DNA of 61,283 bases, filler included, from Candidatus Desantisbacteria bacterium CG1_02_49_89 (GTDB taxonomy: Bacteria > Desantisbacteria > UBA1551): assembly GCA_001871075.1 (NCBI GenBank). It is 4 parts of 4 records of this genome, joined end to end, with 100 filler letters (N's around TTAATTAATTAA, not from the genome) between each part and the next. Parts side by side here need not be neighbours in the genome. Positions count along the whole stretch, not along the records: positions 37,904 to 54,900 come from MNUP01000085.1; positions 55,001 to 61,283 come from MNUP01000138.1; 2 more parts are not named here. One strand, given 5' to 3'. The position numbers were made by a program, and so were the translations under genes. Positions 52,601-61,283 of this stretch are shown piece after piece. The notes beneath the pieces are model-generated. The model was not told the origin of the DNA, did not search any database, and worked only from the letters and a program-made list of their open reading frames with translations. Each line of letters opens with the position of its first letter. Position 1 is the stretch's first letter.

Positions 52601-53879
52601 GATTTTCATTTTTATATTTTGTGCTGAAAATGCCAAGGTGCTGAAGCAGCACCGCAATTTGGTCAACCAGCGTCTCAGAAATAGATGTGTATCTGATGAT
52701 GTTCCTTTTGTTGTGAATGCTGCCGTCGCCGTCTATTAAACCGCTGATAAACGAAAATATTGCGCTCTTCGGCGATTTAAGTATCTGCGGCGGGATAACC
52801 TTGGTTAAAGCATTGATGTCTTTCAGAGAAAACGTAGAAATCAAATAGGAATTGATTTCCGAGCTATTGATCCTTATCTGATACCCCCTGTTTCTCATTA
52901 TTTTACCGCTGGTTGCTCTGTAATCGTAATCGATCACTTCTGTCGTGGCGTCATATTTAAATTCTACTTTAAGCACCGAATGTATTTTTTCCATAATCGG
53001 CTTTGAATTAGAGTAAAAACAAATTCTTGGATATTTCCCCCTGGCAAGCCAGCCGTCGGAGATTAATTGCCCAAGGAGGTAGGCGATGTTTTCATTAAGA
53101 TACAGGATTCCTTTTTTAAAATCGGGCAGTCTCATATACTCTTTGATTTCAGGATAATGGGCGCGGACGACTATGTGGTCGTTCTCGCTGAGCTTCCCGG
53201 CCTCTTTCCACTCATATTTGAGCTCTTTGTTCAACACCCTGAACATCTGGGAGGGGGTCGCTGTGCTGGATATTCCGTTTTCAAGCGAAATCTTAACCAG
53301 GTTTCTTTCCGGCATCTCGTATAGTTCGGTAACCCTTTCCTCTCCGGTTTGCGTAATTATTGTTTCTCCCCGCTCCACTTCTTGAACAGGGATTAAACCG
53401 CGATTTGTCAAAATGAGCGTATCCTTAACAAAACACTCGCCCACGATGCGCGCGCTCTTCTTGTACGGCTTGTCGGGGCTGCACCCCAGCTCGTTCATCG
53501 CGTGCAGGATCCTGCGGTGCACGGGCTTCAGCCCGTCGCGGATATCAGGCAAAGCCCTGCCTACTATCACGCTCATCGCGTAATCTATGTATGAGTCCTG
53601 CATTTCATCTTCTATTTCTCTGGGCAGTATGCGTTCTTCCGAAGGTGGCGGGGCAGCGGGTTCGGGTTCAGGGTGCCCGAACTTGTTCGGGGGTTTTTTG
53701 TTTTTTGCGGGCGGCTCGGTAAGCGGCACAAGCTCGGGGTGCCCGAACTTGTTCGGGGTTTTCTGTTTTTCCTCGTCAGGCGCTGCTGCCTTCGGTTCCT
53801 CTTTCTGCGCATCCTGCGCGATTTTAACGATTTCTTCTATGCCCTCTGCTGGTTTCTTTTTCGGTCTTCCTTTTGGCAT
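49698..53879 (-). CDS. gyrA: DNA gyrase subunit A containing an intein
   Basis: [43 protein letters not shown], GyrA-box QRRGGRG. Confidence 0.96.
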   Translation of the reverse strand: MPKGRPKKKPAEGIEEIVKIAQDAQKEEPKAAAPDEEKQKTPNKFGHPELVPLTEPPAKNKKPPNKFGHPEPEPAAPPPSEERILPREIEDEMQDSYIDYAMSVIVGRALPDIRDGLKPVHRRILHAMNELGCSPDKPYKKSARIVGECFVKDTLILTNRGLIPVQEVERGETIITQTGEERVTELYEMPERNLVKISLENGISSTATPSQMFRVLNKELKYEWKEAGKLSENDHIVVRAHYPEIKEYMRLPDFKKGILYLNENIAYLLGQLISDGWLARGKYPRICFYSNSKPIMEKIHSVLKVEFKYDATTEVIDYDYRATSGKIMRNRGYQIRINSSEINSYLISTFSLKDINALTKVIPPQILKSPKSAIFSFISGLIDGDGSIHNKRNIIRYTSISETLVDQIAVLLQHLGIFSTKYKNENLKSHIVNGREIKSRHPSFLLETNGRFAAKLAPFLNLMDEGKRAKNELLRKIGSDRLKLIKYDIVPNGSETIFKELSSSHLGGGWYTDRSGKKFRRGIKYPGGCKIRYSADLKEKYLGRTQIVDWGIQEKLVKVGSPLAEFINDVISDEIYFLRVAKIEQAHPEVTYDMQVENTHEFIANGMVSHNCMGKYHPHGDLAIYDTLVRMAQEFSLRYPLIDGQGNFGSVDGDSPAAMRYTEVKLAHMAMEMLKDIESETVDFLPNFDGTLKEPSVLPSVLPNLLLNGSSGIAVGMATNIPPHNLIELANAITAVIDNPAIDVKDLLKIMPGPDFPTGGIILGRDGIRSSYETGRGLITVRALADTEEGRQGKTNIIVKEIPYEVNKSELLVKIADLVRTKQIEGIADLRDESDREGMRVVIELKRDEMPDVILNQLYHHTQMQATFGVIMLALVDGKPQVLTLKEMLHYYIKHRQEIITKRSQFELKQAKARAHIVEGLKIALANLDAIIKTIRKSKDADEARQALMDSFSLSKEQAIAILQMQLQRLTQLEKEKLDQEYIELRKKIARLEFILATPKEILNLIKEDLAELKKKYGDSRRTKIVEGEAEFNIEDLIQEEDMVVTISHAGYTKRLPLDTYRRQRRGGRGVVGMETKEEDFVEDIIIASTHDQILFFSNIGKVYWMKVYEIPVGSRQAKGKAIINLLKLSQEERIAAYIPVREFDDKHFLIMATKHGVIKKTLLSEYSHPRSTGIIGLKLREDDQLIDVRLTDGNQEVILGTYQGQAIRFGEQEVRPMGRGATGVRGASLEKKDYVIGMVTTSSEEQSLLTVTENGFGKRTEIKEYRKTHRGSKGVINIKGSDRNGPVVAIRTVEDKDELMVITSSGIIIRFGVKGLREIGRATQGVHIMKLEAGDKVVAVARIAPEDDEKDVVGQGFSKTRQVSNGGSLAKDKGSKLEKPAGKKRGRPPKKK
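52047..53435 (-). mobile_element. 463-aa intein with LAGLIDADG homing endonuclease
   Basis: C1 [44 protein letters not shown] then +1 Cys; removal restores [16 protein letters not shown]. Confidence 0.93.
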
Positions 53880-54194
53880 TTGTATTTACTCCTCTCTCAA
53901 AATAGTCGATAGTCCCGCCTTCGCAAATACTTAGCAAGTCTATGGTTCCTCTGTTCGAGAAAAACTTGCTAATTGCTACGGCGGGCAGGCTGTTCGTCGT
54001 CAGTCAATGGTCTGTCGTTCCTGCGGAAGCAGGAACCCAACAAATAATTTCATAATTACATACCCGTTAAACCTTGCTCTCCTTGCTTTCTTCTTTGGCT
54101 CTTCGTAAATTTTGTCTTTGAATTACCCCGCGGCAAGCCGCGGGGGGTTAAATCATATTTTTGATAAATTTTTTAATTACAAAAGATTCTGTGT

Positions 54195-54652
54195 CTATCC
54201 AACGATTGAATCTATTTGCTCTTGATTTTCTCTATTTAGTTCTTCCTTGGACATATCATTAATTTCATTTAATAAATGTTCTGTTTCTTCTTTTAGCTTT
54301 TTGTGTTTCTTTTTTAGCTGGGCAACATATTCTTTTTCTTCCTTAGCCAACCCTTCTTCGTCTTCTATGTCACGGGTTATACTATCTATTTCATCAAGTA
54401 AATATTGTATGTTTTCTTGGTGCTCTTTTGTTGTATCAACCAATGCTTCAAAACGTATTATCTTATCTTTTAATTTCTCGTTTTCTCGAAAAAAGAGCCA
54501 ACACGTATATCCTAAAAAACACAGCCGATTATTAAGATACTCCTTGTTGTTTTAAATAGAAAGATATAGCCACCGGATAAAATTACAGCAATAATAAAAA
54601 TTTTACGTACTGTTGCGCCAAAATGGCTTTCTTTTAGCTTTGTTTTTGCCAT
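54195..54652 (-). pseudogene. membrane-anchored coiled-coil protein frameshifted in a T6 run at 54514-54519
   Basis: adding one T joins ...IIGCVF to LGYTCWLFFRENEKLKDK... and the 54195-54443 ORF. Confidence 0.55.
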
Positions 54653-54701
54653 ACTCAACCCTTTTTCTCTGCCGCGCATTTTTCTCGGTTTTGAATTCAA
54701 C

Positions 54702-54887
54702 TCATTGAATATAAGACCTATCTAATATTATAGCAAGCAATTCGGTATTTGAGAGTTTTTCGGGCCCATACCGTTCCAGTCTTTCCCTGGGCCGCTCAAT
54801 CCTCGGCATGCCCTCTATGGTGGTTCCGCCGAGGCGCCCTTTGGAGTTTTTATTTTTTGACTCCTGTGTTTTCATCTGTGCTCTCAA
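54702..54887 (-). pseudogene. radC: RadC N-terminal fragment
   Basis: MPRIERPRERLERYGPEKLSNTELLAIIL followed by an early stop; JAB domain absent. Confidence 0.75.
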
Positions 54888-54900
54888 AACAATATTATAC

Positions 54901-55000
54901 NNNNNNNNNNNNNNNNNNNNNNNNNNNNNNNNNNNNNNNNNNNNTTAATTAATTAANNNNNNNNNNNNNNNNNNNNNNNNNNNNNNNNNNNNNNNNNNNN
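54901..55000. other. artificial contig-join spacer
   Basis: N run with central TTAATTAATTAA. Confidence 0.98.
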
Positions 55001-56831
55001 CATATATGAAACGTACATTGCCATTATTGTCATATTGCCAGGTAGTTGTCTTGCTTCTGGGGTTTATCAATTTCGTAATACCATTACAAGGACCTCTAAA
55101 TTCTTTCGTTGTTTCCTTTTGAGGTCCACTTGTGAAATATTCAATATTCTTTTCATATCTTATATTACCAGTTTCGTCATAGTCATATTTGGTATAGATG
55201 TTGTTGAAATCTACTTTGGATAAGAGATTACAGGTATCATCCCATGATCCAGTAGTTATATACCCCCCTTGCTCAATGGCAACATTATATCCTTTTTCAT
55301 CATACCTGTCTTTGACTGTAAAAGGTTGAGAAGGACTAAGATACTCAGTAATTGATGCCTGGGGCTCGTTCCCAACGATTTGATACAAGAAATTAGCGAG
55401 CAATACTTGCTGGGCATTTTTGATATTGACTACTCTTCCGAATTCATCATATTCGTAATTCAGTTTAGAATCGCCGGGACCGCGCCTTGGTTCATCTGCA
55501 TAACTCAATCTATGCATATGATCCAAATCATAATTGGCACTTTGAATATAGTTATATATAGAATTATAATATTTTTGTGTATCATTTGCTTGTTGAACCC
55601 AGGCTTCATGAAGGTATGGCCAGGCATATAATCTATTCTGGTCCTTTTGCTCATAAGTATAGCGATAAGTCCGGCCTTCAAAGGAAATACTGGTAACAAC
55701 TGAGATATAATAAGTGGTGGGCGCCTGATCAGGACCGTTCCAGCGATCCAGGCAATAACGGTCATTGGTAAAATTAATAGAAAAATTATTTCTACTTGGG
55801 CTTGATATTGAATTAAGAGTAGGACTCCAATTTGAAGAAGACCACTCAAGATTTATCTCGTGGCCATTCTTGTCTCTTATCTTTTTTAGATAACCGTTGC
55901 ATAATGAGGATGGTAAGGCAGTTTCATAATTAATAAAATAATATTTTGTTCCGTATTTGTCTTTAAGCACATAATAATTCCCGTTGTCCTCAAAAGAAAG
56001 CCAAAGATAAACACCCGGAGGTGCTTTAAATTTTGTATTTGGAAAAGTTCCTGTCGCTATGCACCTAAAAGCATGAACAGCTCCGGATTGGTCCTGGAGA
56101 TAAACAGTATCGCCTATTGAGTATCCAGTCTGCTTCGGATTAAGAATCTTCATGTCATAATTTGAAGTCCACCCTTTGCCGAATATCCCAACTGCTTCAG
56201 ATTGGCTGTTGTAAGTCCTAGCAAACCTGATATTTGGGCCTCTGCCCTGTATATTGAAATCTTCAACGGAAAAACATAAGTTTCCACTCAAGCTATTTAC
56301 GTTTCTAACCAGTCTCTGGGTTCCTCTCACGGGTATTCCTAAAATGCTTGAGGGGCTAAAAAAGCATTTTACTTCTACTGAAGTCCTAACAAATATATTT
56401 GGAGCATTAGGGTTATTTAAATCAGAAGGATCGCGACCACCATAAGTAATATCTACTATATATCTACCTGTTTTTGTGGCTGCAAAAGTAGCAGTAGCTT
56501 CTCCTGAAGAATTTGTTCCAACAAAATCTGAATTGCTTCTGCCTACCTCTGTAATATAATATCCTCCGTCTACGGGTTGAAAAGTTAAAGACATACCTTT
56601 AAAGGGATGCCATTCTCCAATTTCAGGGTAATATTTTTTTACTTGGGCAGTTATTTTGCATGTCCCGCTATTGTAAATTATTCCTGGACTAACGTATGCC
56701 GTAAGTGAATAATATCCTTGGCCTGCGATCGCGATTGAGGAACAAGAAATACAAATAAAAACATATAAAATCATATTTAAAAATGGAAGAGATTTTTTCC
56801 AAAAATAAATATGTTTATTGTATAGATTCAA
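55001..56831 (-). CDS. RHS/YD-repeat protein with DUF6531-like domain, 3'-partial
   Basis: VNSLSGNL..FARTYNS..GIFGKGWTSNYD; YEYDEFGR, YDYDETGN, WQYDNNGN; AT-rich; start uncertain. Confidence 0.8.
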
Positions 56832-57228
56832 TATTTATCCTAACTAAATATATTTGTTTATCAATTTCTTTTTTCGTTAATCGGATAAATTTTAAACAAA
56901 AAGGCGCCGGGTCTATATATTATACAGACTCCAAGCGCCTTGTATTTTTCCTGTAATTCCAGCTATTCTCTCTGCTAATACGACTCATAAAAACCTCGGT
57001 AAAATGACCTTTTTCAATACCCCTTTCTTTATCTTCTATTATAGTAGAATTTATATATTTGTCAAGGAAATGTTAGATTTATATGATTTTTTATACTTTG
57101 TTATGCGGAATCGCGGGATAAATCCCGAGGCTACCGCAACGGGCGTAAACGCCCTACTCCACAAAATCCCCCTCAATCCCCCCTTTCTCAAAGGGGGAAT
57201 TTAAATTCACGGGCTACGACATAAATTT

Positions 57229-58110
57229 TTACAGGCTCAGCTCGGCGCGAGTTTGCGCGGACTGCCTGCCCAGGACAAGCACCTTGATCACCTCCAGCGT
57301 TTCCTCCGGAGGGAAAGGCATTTTTTTCGTTTTCACCATTTCAACGAATTTGCTAAGCATGTTCGAGTAGAAGTAGTTGCTGTCCTCGACAACCACCTGC
57401 CTCCATCCTTTCGCTCCGTAAAGGTTCATCTGGAAAAGGTAACCGATATCCTTGAACACAGTAAGAATGAACTGCCTTCCGTCCTTTTTTGTGACAACAA
57501 CCATGTCTTTGCCTTCAGAGCCCAGGTTGCGGACCGACTTTATCCCCGGACCTATGACCGCGTACAGCTGCTCAAACGCGTGTATGCCGTAGAAGATAAG
57601 GTCCCCGCTGCACGTTGTATTCCCGGTAAGGATATCACCGATCTCATCCTTCTTTAAAAGGAAAGCCTCGACTTCCTTCGCGTAGCGCAAAGCCGAACAG
57701 GACATCATGGGGCAGTTGTATTTTTTCGCAAGCCCAATAATGGTCTCTGCTTCTTTTATGTCGGTTGAAAGGGGTTTGTCGATGAACGCGGGGATGCCCG
57801 CCTTCAAAAATGGCTCCGCCTTTTTCTGGTGCTGCATTGAGAGGTCGTCGGTTATTATAACGCCGTCCACCTTACCGATCACGTCCTCCATTTTCGGGAC
57901 GACATTCTCGATGCCGCATATCTTCGCAAGCAGCCCGGCTTTTTCCTTGTCCGCGTCCCACAAATGGGTAACACGGGCGCCTTCGATCCTGGCACTGTAT
58001 AAAGGATAGTTATTTTTCTGCGCGAGGTCCCTGTCATACCCGTTGAACATTTCGGAAAATGAATTCGCGTGCCATATGCCGGCCCCGCCGATGATAGCGA
58101 TCTTTATCAT
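57229..58110 (-). CDS. Gfo/Idh/MocA family oxidoreductase
   Basis: IAIIGG, FIDKPLS, SCSALRY, FYGIHA. Confidence 0.85.
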   Translation of the reverse strand: MIKIAIIGGAGIWHANSFSEMFNGYDRDLAQKNNYPLYSARIEGARVTHLWDADKEKAGLLAKICGIENVVPKMEDVIGKVDGVIITDDLSMQHQKKAEPFLKAGIPAFIDKPLSTDIKEAETIIGLAKKYNCPMMSCSALRYAKEVEAFLLKKDEIGDILTGNTTCSGDLIFYGIHAFEQLYAVIGPGIKSVRNLGSEGKDMVVVTKKDGRQFILTVFKDIGYLFQMNLYGAKGWRQVVVEDSNYFYSNMLSKFVEMVKTKKMPFPPEETLEVIKVLVLGRQSAQTRAELSL

Positions 58111-58240
58111 TACAGCTCCCTGATTACAGTGATTTCAAAAGAGATTACGGTGATTATTTTTAGTATCAAGAACTAAAAAAAGCTATAATCTCTGTGCCTC
58201 CGTGCCGTGCCCGCCGATCTTTAAGGCGTGGCCTCTGTGG

Positions 58241-59281
58241 TTATCCTATTTTTATGGGTTTATTGGAAAGGGCGCTGTCCCAGACCGCTTCCGCGAACTG
58301 CAGGTCTTTCGCGCCGTCAAACAGATCGGATCTGGGCTTGTCCTGCCCGAGGCAGGACCTCACGAAATTTTCAAGCTCACCATTATAACCAAACGTCTCC
58401 CCTGACTTAGAGCCCAGTGAAAGTTCCACCCAGCCCGGGTTCCATTGAACCGTCTGGCTCCTTCCTCCCCAGGGCGGCACTGGTATAGGCATCGGCAGGC
58501 CTTTGGGCCTGTATTTGAAATGGAGCATCTCGTCTATGTCGATCCAGCACCCGTTGCCCGAGATCCTCAGGCCCTCTGTATAATCCCCCTCGCAGGCGCT
58601 GAGGTTCATTACCCCGACCGAGCCTTCCCTGAATCCGACCGTGATAGCAAAACCGAATTTCCCTTCCTCAACCCTGTTGAGCTTGGCGTAAACCTCCCCG
58701 ACATCCCCGCAGAAGAACCGCACAAGGTTCAGAAGGTGTATGACCTGGCCTACAAGAAAAGCCAGCTCGTTCTCCTTTATGCCCCATATCGCCGGATACG
58801 GCCCGGGGTCCGAGAACCTCACTGAAATTTCCACGATCTTCCCGAAACCTTCCTTTTCCATGACCATTTTTGCCATATTGTAACATACTGAATACCGCTT
58901 CGTATACCCGACTGCGCCCCAGAGTTTTCTTTTTTGGGCGTGTTCCGCCAGATCCAGGGCATCCTTATAGGAAACCGCTGAAGGTTTTTCCACAAAGATC
59001 GGGAGGCCCGCGTCCAGGCATTGCTTTCCAGCCCCCATATACATCGGCGGGGGGCCGACAACAGCCGCTCCGTCAAGCTTTTCCTCTTTCAGCATTTTCC
59101 CAAGATCGGTATACCACTTCCCCGCGCCGAACATCTTCGCGTTGCGCTCGGCAAGCGCCTGGTTCAGGTCGCATACCGCCACAAGGTCAGCTTCGGGTAT
59201 GCCTTTTAAGGCGGGATAGAGCGCGTTGGTCGCATGCCCTCCGCATCCCACAAACCCGATCCTCGCCTTCTTTTGTTCCAT
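58241..59281 (-). CDS. Gfo/Idh/MocA family oxidoreductase
   Basis: IGFVGCG, VAVCD, FVEKP, VGYTKRY; GGAGG before ATG 59281. Confidence 0.88.
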   Translation of the reverse strand: MEQKKARIGFVGCGGHATNALYPALKGIPEADLVAVCDLNQALAERNAKMFGAGKWYTDLGKMLKEEKLDGAAVVGPPPMYMGAGKQCLDAGLPIFVEKPSAVSYKDALDLAEHAQKRKLWGAVGYTKRYSVCYNMAKMVMEKEGFGKIVEISVRFSDPGPYPAIWGIKENELAFLVGQVIHLLNLVRFFCGDVGEVYAKLNRVEEGKFGFAITVGFREGSVGVMNLSACEGDYTEGLRISGNGCWIDIDEMLHFKYRPKGLPMPIPVPPWGGRSQTVQWNPGWVELSLGSKSGETFGYNGELENFVRSCLGQDKPRSDLFDGAKDLQFAEAVWDSALSNKPIKIG

Positions 59282-59541
59282 TGAACCTCCTGTATTGCGC
59301 AGATGTAGACGGATTAGATAATACGGATTCATACGGATAAAGAATTTCCACGAAATCACTCCGCCCGTCTTTCAGCGGGCGAGACTTCGCCCACCTAAAG
59401 GGATGGGCGAGGAAAGCACGAAAAACAGTCAGCCACGGATTCTCACGGATTACTACATTCAGCATTCAACTTTTAGCATTCAGCAGATTAACCCATGACC
59501 CGTGACACATGACTAATGACTGTTTTAAAGGAACTCGGCTT

Positions 59542-59626
59542 ATTATAGCATATAAGGGTATTTTTTGCAAGTTTTTGGATTTTATTGGTATTTCTTTATT
59601 GACAAATGCCTTTTATCCTATATAAT
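59542..59626. promoter_or_regulatory. divergent sigma70 promoters
   Basis: minus strand TTGCAA-17-TATAAT (59570-59542); plus strand TTGACA(59599)-16-TATAAT(59621). Confidence 0.6.
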
Positions 59627-59650
59627 AGTAGGCTATATGGAGGCTATTCA

Positions 59651-60730
59651 ATGATTTCTAAAGAAAGGGTTAGAAAAGCGATCGAGCACGCTCAGACCGA
59701 CCGGGTCCCGATTGACTTCTCCGCCAGGCAGGAGGTTTATGAGAAGCTTGGGGGGATATTAGGCCTGAAACCCGGCGAATCCGTTGAGCAAAGGCTGGAA
59801 GTCGACCTGCGCGGGGTTGGGCCCGCGATCAAGAGATCCGCCAGCCCCCTGTGCTACGCTGATCCCACGATCAAGGTGGAAAACAACGTCTATTTTGACA
59901 TCTGGGGAGTGGGTTTCAGGCAGAACCGCACGGAGTCCGGGGAATACATGGACCTCTGCTTTAACCCGCTTAAAAAAATTTCCGGCGTTAAGGAGCTCGA
60001 TGATCATCCCTGGCCGGCAGCGGATATGTGGGACTATTCCTCTCTTTTTGACCAGGCAAACGCAAACAGGGATTTCTGGGTCGGGGCGCACAGCAGGGGC
60101 ATGTTCGAGATAGCCTGGTTCATCCGCGGGTTTGAGGAATTCATGGTGGATATGCTGGTAAATCCGGGCCTCGCCTCCGCGCTGCTGGACAGGATACAGG
60201 AATACCTTATGGCCAGGTCGGAACGCATACTTGCCGAAGGAAAAGGGCTCATTGACATGATGGAATACAACGACGATGTCGGCGGGCAGAACGGGATGCT
60301 TATAAACCCGGACCTCTGGCGCAAGTTCATAAAGCCGCGCATGGCTTCCTTTATAAAGATGTGCGGGAAATACAACGCGAGGATAAGGTTTCATTCCTGC
60401 GGCGGCATTCGGCCCATAATCCCGGACCTGATAGAGATTGGGGTGGATGTGCTCAACCCGGTCCAGACCCTGGCAGCAGGTATGGAACCTGCGGGGCTGA
60501 AAAAAGATTTCGGCGGCCGCTTGGCCTTCAACGGCGGCATAGATACCCAGGAACTGCTGGTTAATTCCACTCCCGAACAGGTCCGCAGGGAAGTAAGCAG
60601 GCTGATAAACATCTTCGGCAGGAACGGAGGGTACATCCTTGCCCCCTCTCATGTGTTCCAGGGCGACGTGCCCATAGAGAACGTTGTGGCGGTCTATGAG
60701 ATAGCGTTAAATAAGAAATTATCTGTTTAA
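59651..60730 (+). CDS. uroporphyrinogen decarboxylase/MtaA-CmuA family protein
   Basis: DRVPID, DIWGV, DDVGGQ, FHSCG, LNPVQ, GGIDTQ, YILAPSH. Confidence 0.85.
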   Translation: MISKERVRKAIEHAQTDRVPIDFSARQEVYEKLGGILGLKPGESVEQRLEVDLRGVGPAIKRSASPLCYADPTIKVENNVYFDIWGVGFRQNRTESGEYMDLCFNPLKKISGVKELDDHPWPAADMWDYSSLFDQANANRDFWVGAHSRGMFEIAWFIRGFEEFMVDMLVNPGLASALLDRIQEYLMARSERILAEGKGLIDMMEYNDDVGGQNGMLINPDLWRKFIKPRMASFIKMCGKYNARIRFHSCGGIRPIIPDLIEIGVDVLNPVQTLAAGMEPAGLKKDFGGRLAFNGGIDTQELLVNSTPEQVRREVSRLINIFGRNGGYILAPSHVFQGDVPIENVVAVYEIALNKKLSV

Positions 60731-60804
60731 AACTGTTGACGTATTACGTGTTTTTTAACTCATGACGCATGACCCATGACACATGACTGTTATAAGGAGA
60801 AAGC

Positions 60805-61283
60805 TTGACTCTCGAGCAACTGATGAAGCGGGCGACTGACGGGCGCGCAATGGACAGAAAAAAGCATTTGCGCGCTTCAAACATATACCGGCTTATGAAA
60901 GAGCCTTTCGGACTGTGGTGCGACTATTTCGCACCCGGGGATGAAAGGGTCGAGGAATCCTGCCGCTACGATGAAATAATAAGGCAGAAAGGCAGAGAAT
61001 TCGAGGAGACCTGGGTCAGGCAGAACTACCCGGACGCGAAGAAAATTGAACAGGCGCGGAGCGAAGAAGCGCTTGCGAACACCCTGCGCGCGATGCTTGA
61101 CGGCGTTCCCGCGATATCGTCCGCGCAGCTATGGTGCCTGGGCGACGAGGTTTACGGGAAATCCGACCTGCTTGTCAGGCGGGACGACGCGTCTTCAGAC
61201 CTGGGCCCGTTCCACTACCAGATCAAGGAAATAAAGATGTCTTTCGCCCTGAGGGATCACCAGTCGATGCAGGCGGCGCTCTA
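60805..61283 (+). CDS. TM0106-like RecB-family nuclease, 3'-partial (not in the ORF track)
   Basis: AAGGAG RBS, TTG start; hand translation gives YGKSDLLVR..YQIKEIK..QAAL, a PD-(D/E)xK/QxxxY pattern. Confidence 0.7.
   Translation, partial: MTLEQLMKRATDGRAMDRKKHLRASNIYRLMKEPFGLWCDYFAPGDERVEESCRYDEIIRQKGREFEETWVRQNYPDAKKIEQARSEEALANTLRAMLDGVPAISSAQLWCLGDEVYGKSDLLVRRDDASSDLGPFHYQIKEIKMSFALRDHQSMQAAL

Overview
Four contigs of a Gram-negative bacterium (lpxA/lpxB, TonB-dependent receptor), probably anaerobic and sugar-degrading, joined by artificial 100-bp N/TTAATTAATTAA spacers at 20315-20414, 37804-37903 and 54901-55000; adjacency across these joins is not real. Contig 1 carries a methyltransferase, glutaredoxin plus an FTR-rubredoxin fusion, ribulokinase, a URO-D-like protein, lpxA/lpxB, an HD protein and a sulfur cluster (metY-metX-metW-radical SAM-cbs-cystathionine gamma-lyase/synthase, then thi4-hypothetical-cysH). 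Contig 2 has hicBA, a TonB-dependent receptor and three small outer-membrane barrels sharing one N-terminal domain, an AraC regulator and a LamG/GH99-like glycan locus. Contig 3 has decayed toxin-antitoxin loci, a large glycoside hydrolase-like gene, a deaminase-HATPase-wHTH fusion and gyrA with a LAGLIDADG intein. Contig 4 has an RHS protein, two Gfo/Idh/MocA oxidoreductases, a URO-D-like protein and a TM0106-like nuclease. The best candidate for an undescribed system is an unannotated 48-aa Cys/Met-rich leader peptide (10880-11026) with mutually exclusive antiterminator and terminator hairpins upstream of metY, i.e. an apparent dual Cys/Met ribosome-mediated attenuator, layered on a palindromic operator shared with the thi4-cysH operon. 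The genome is also full of nested miniature palindromic elements, several of them inserted in frame inside proteins. All family calls come from motif recognition by eye; no database searches were run.
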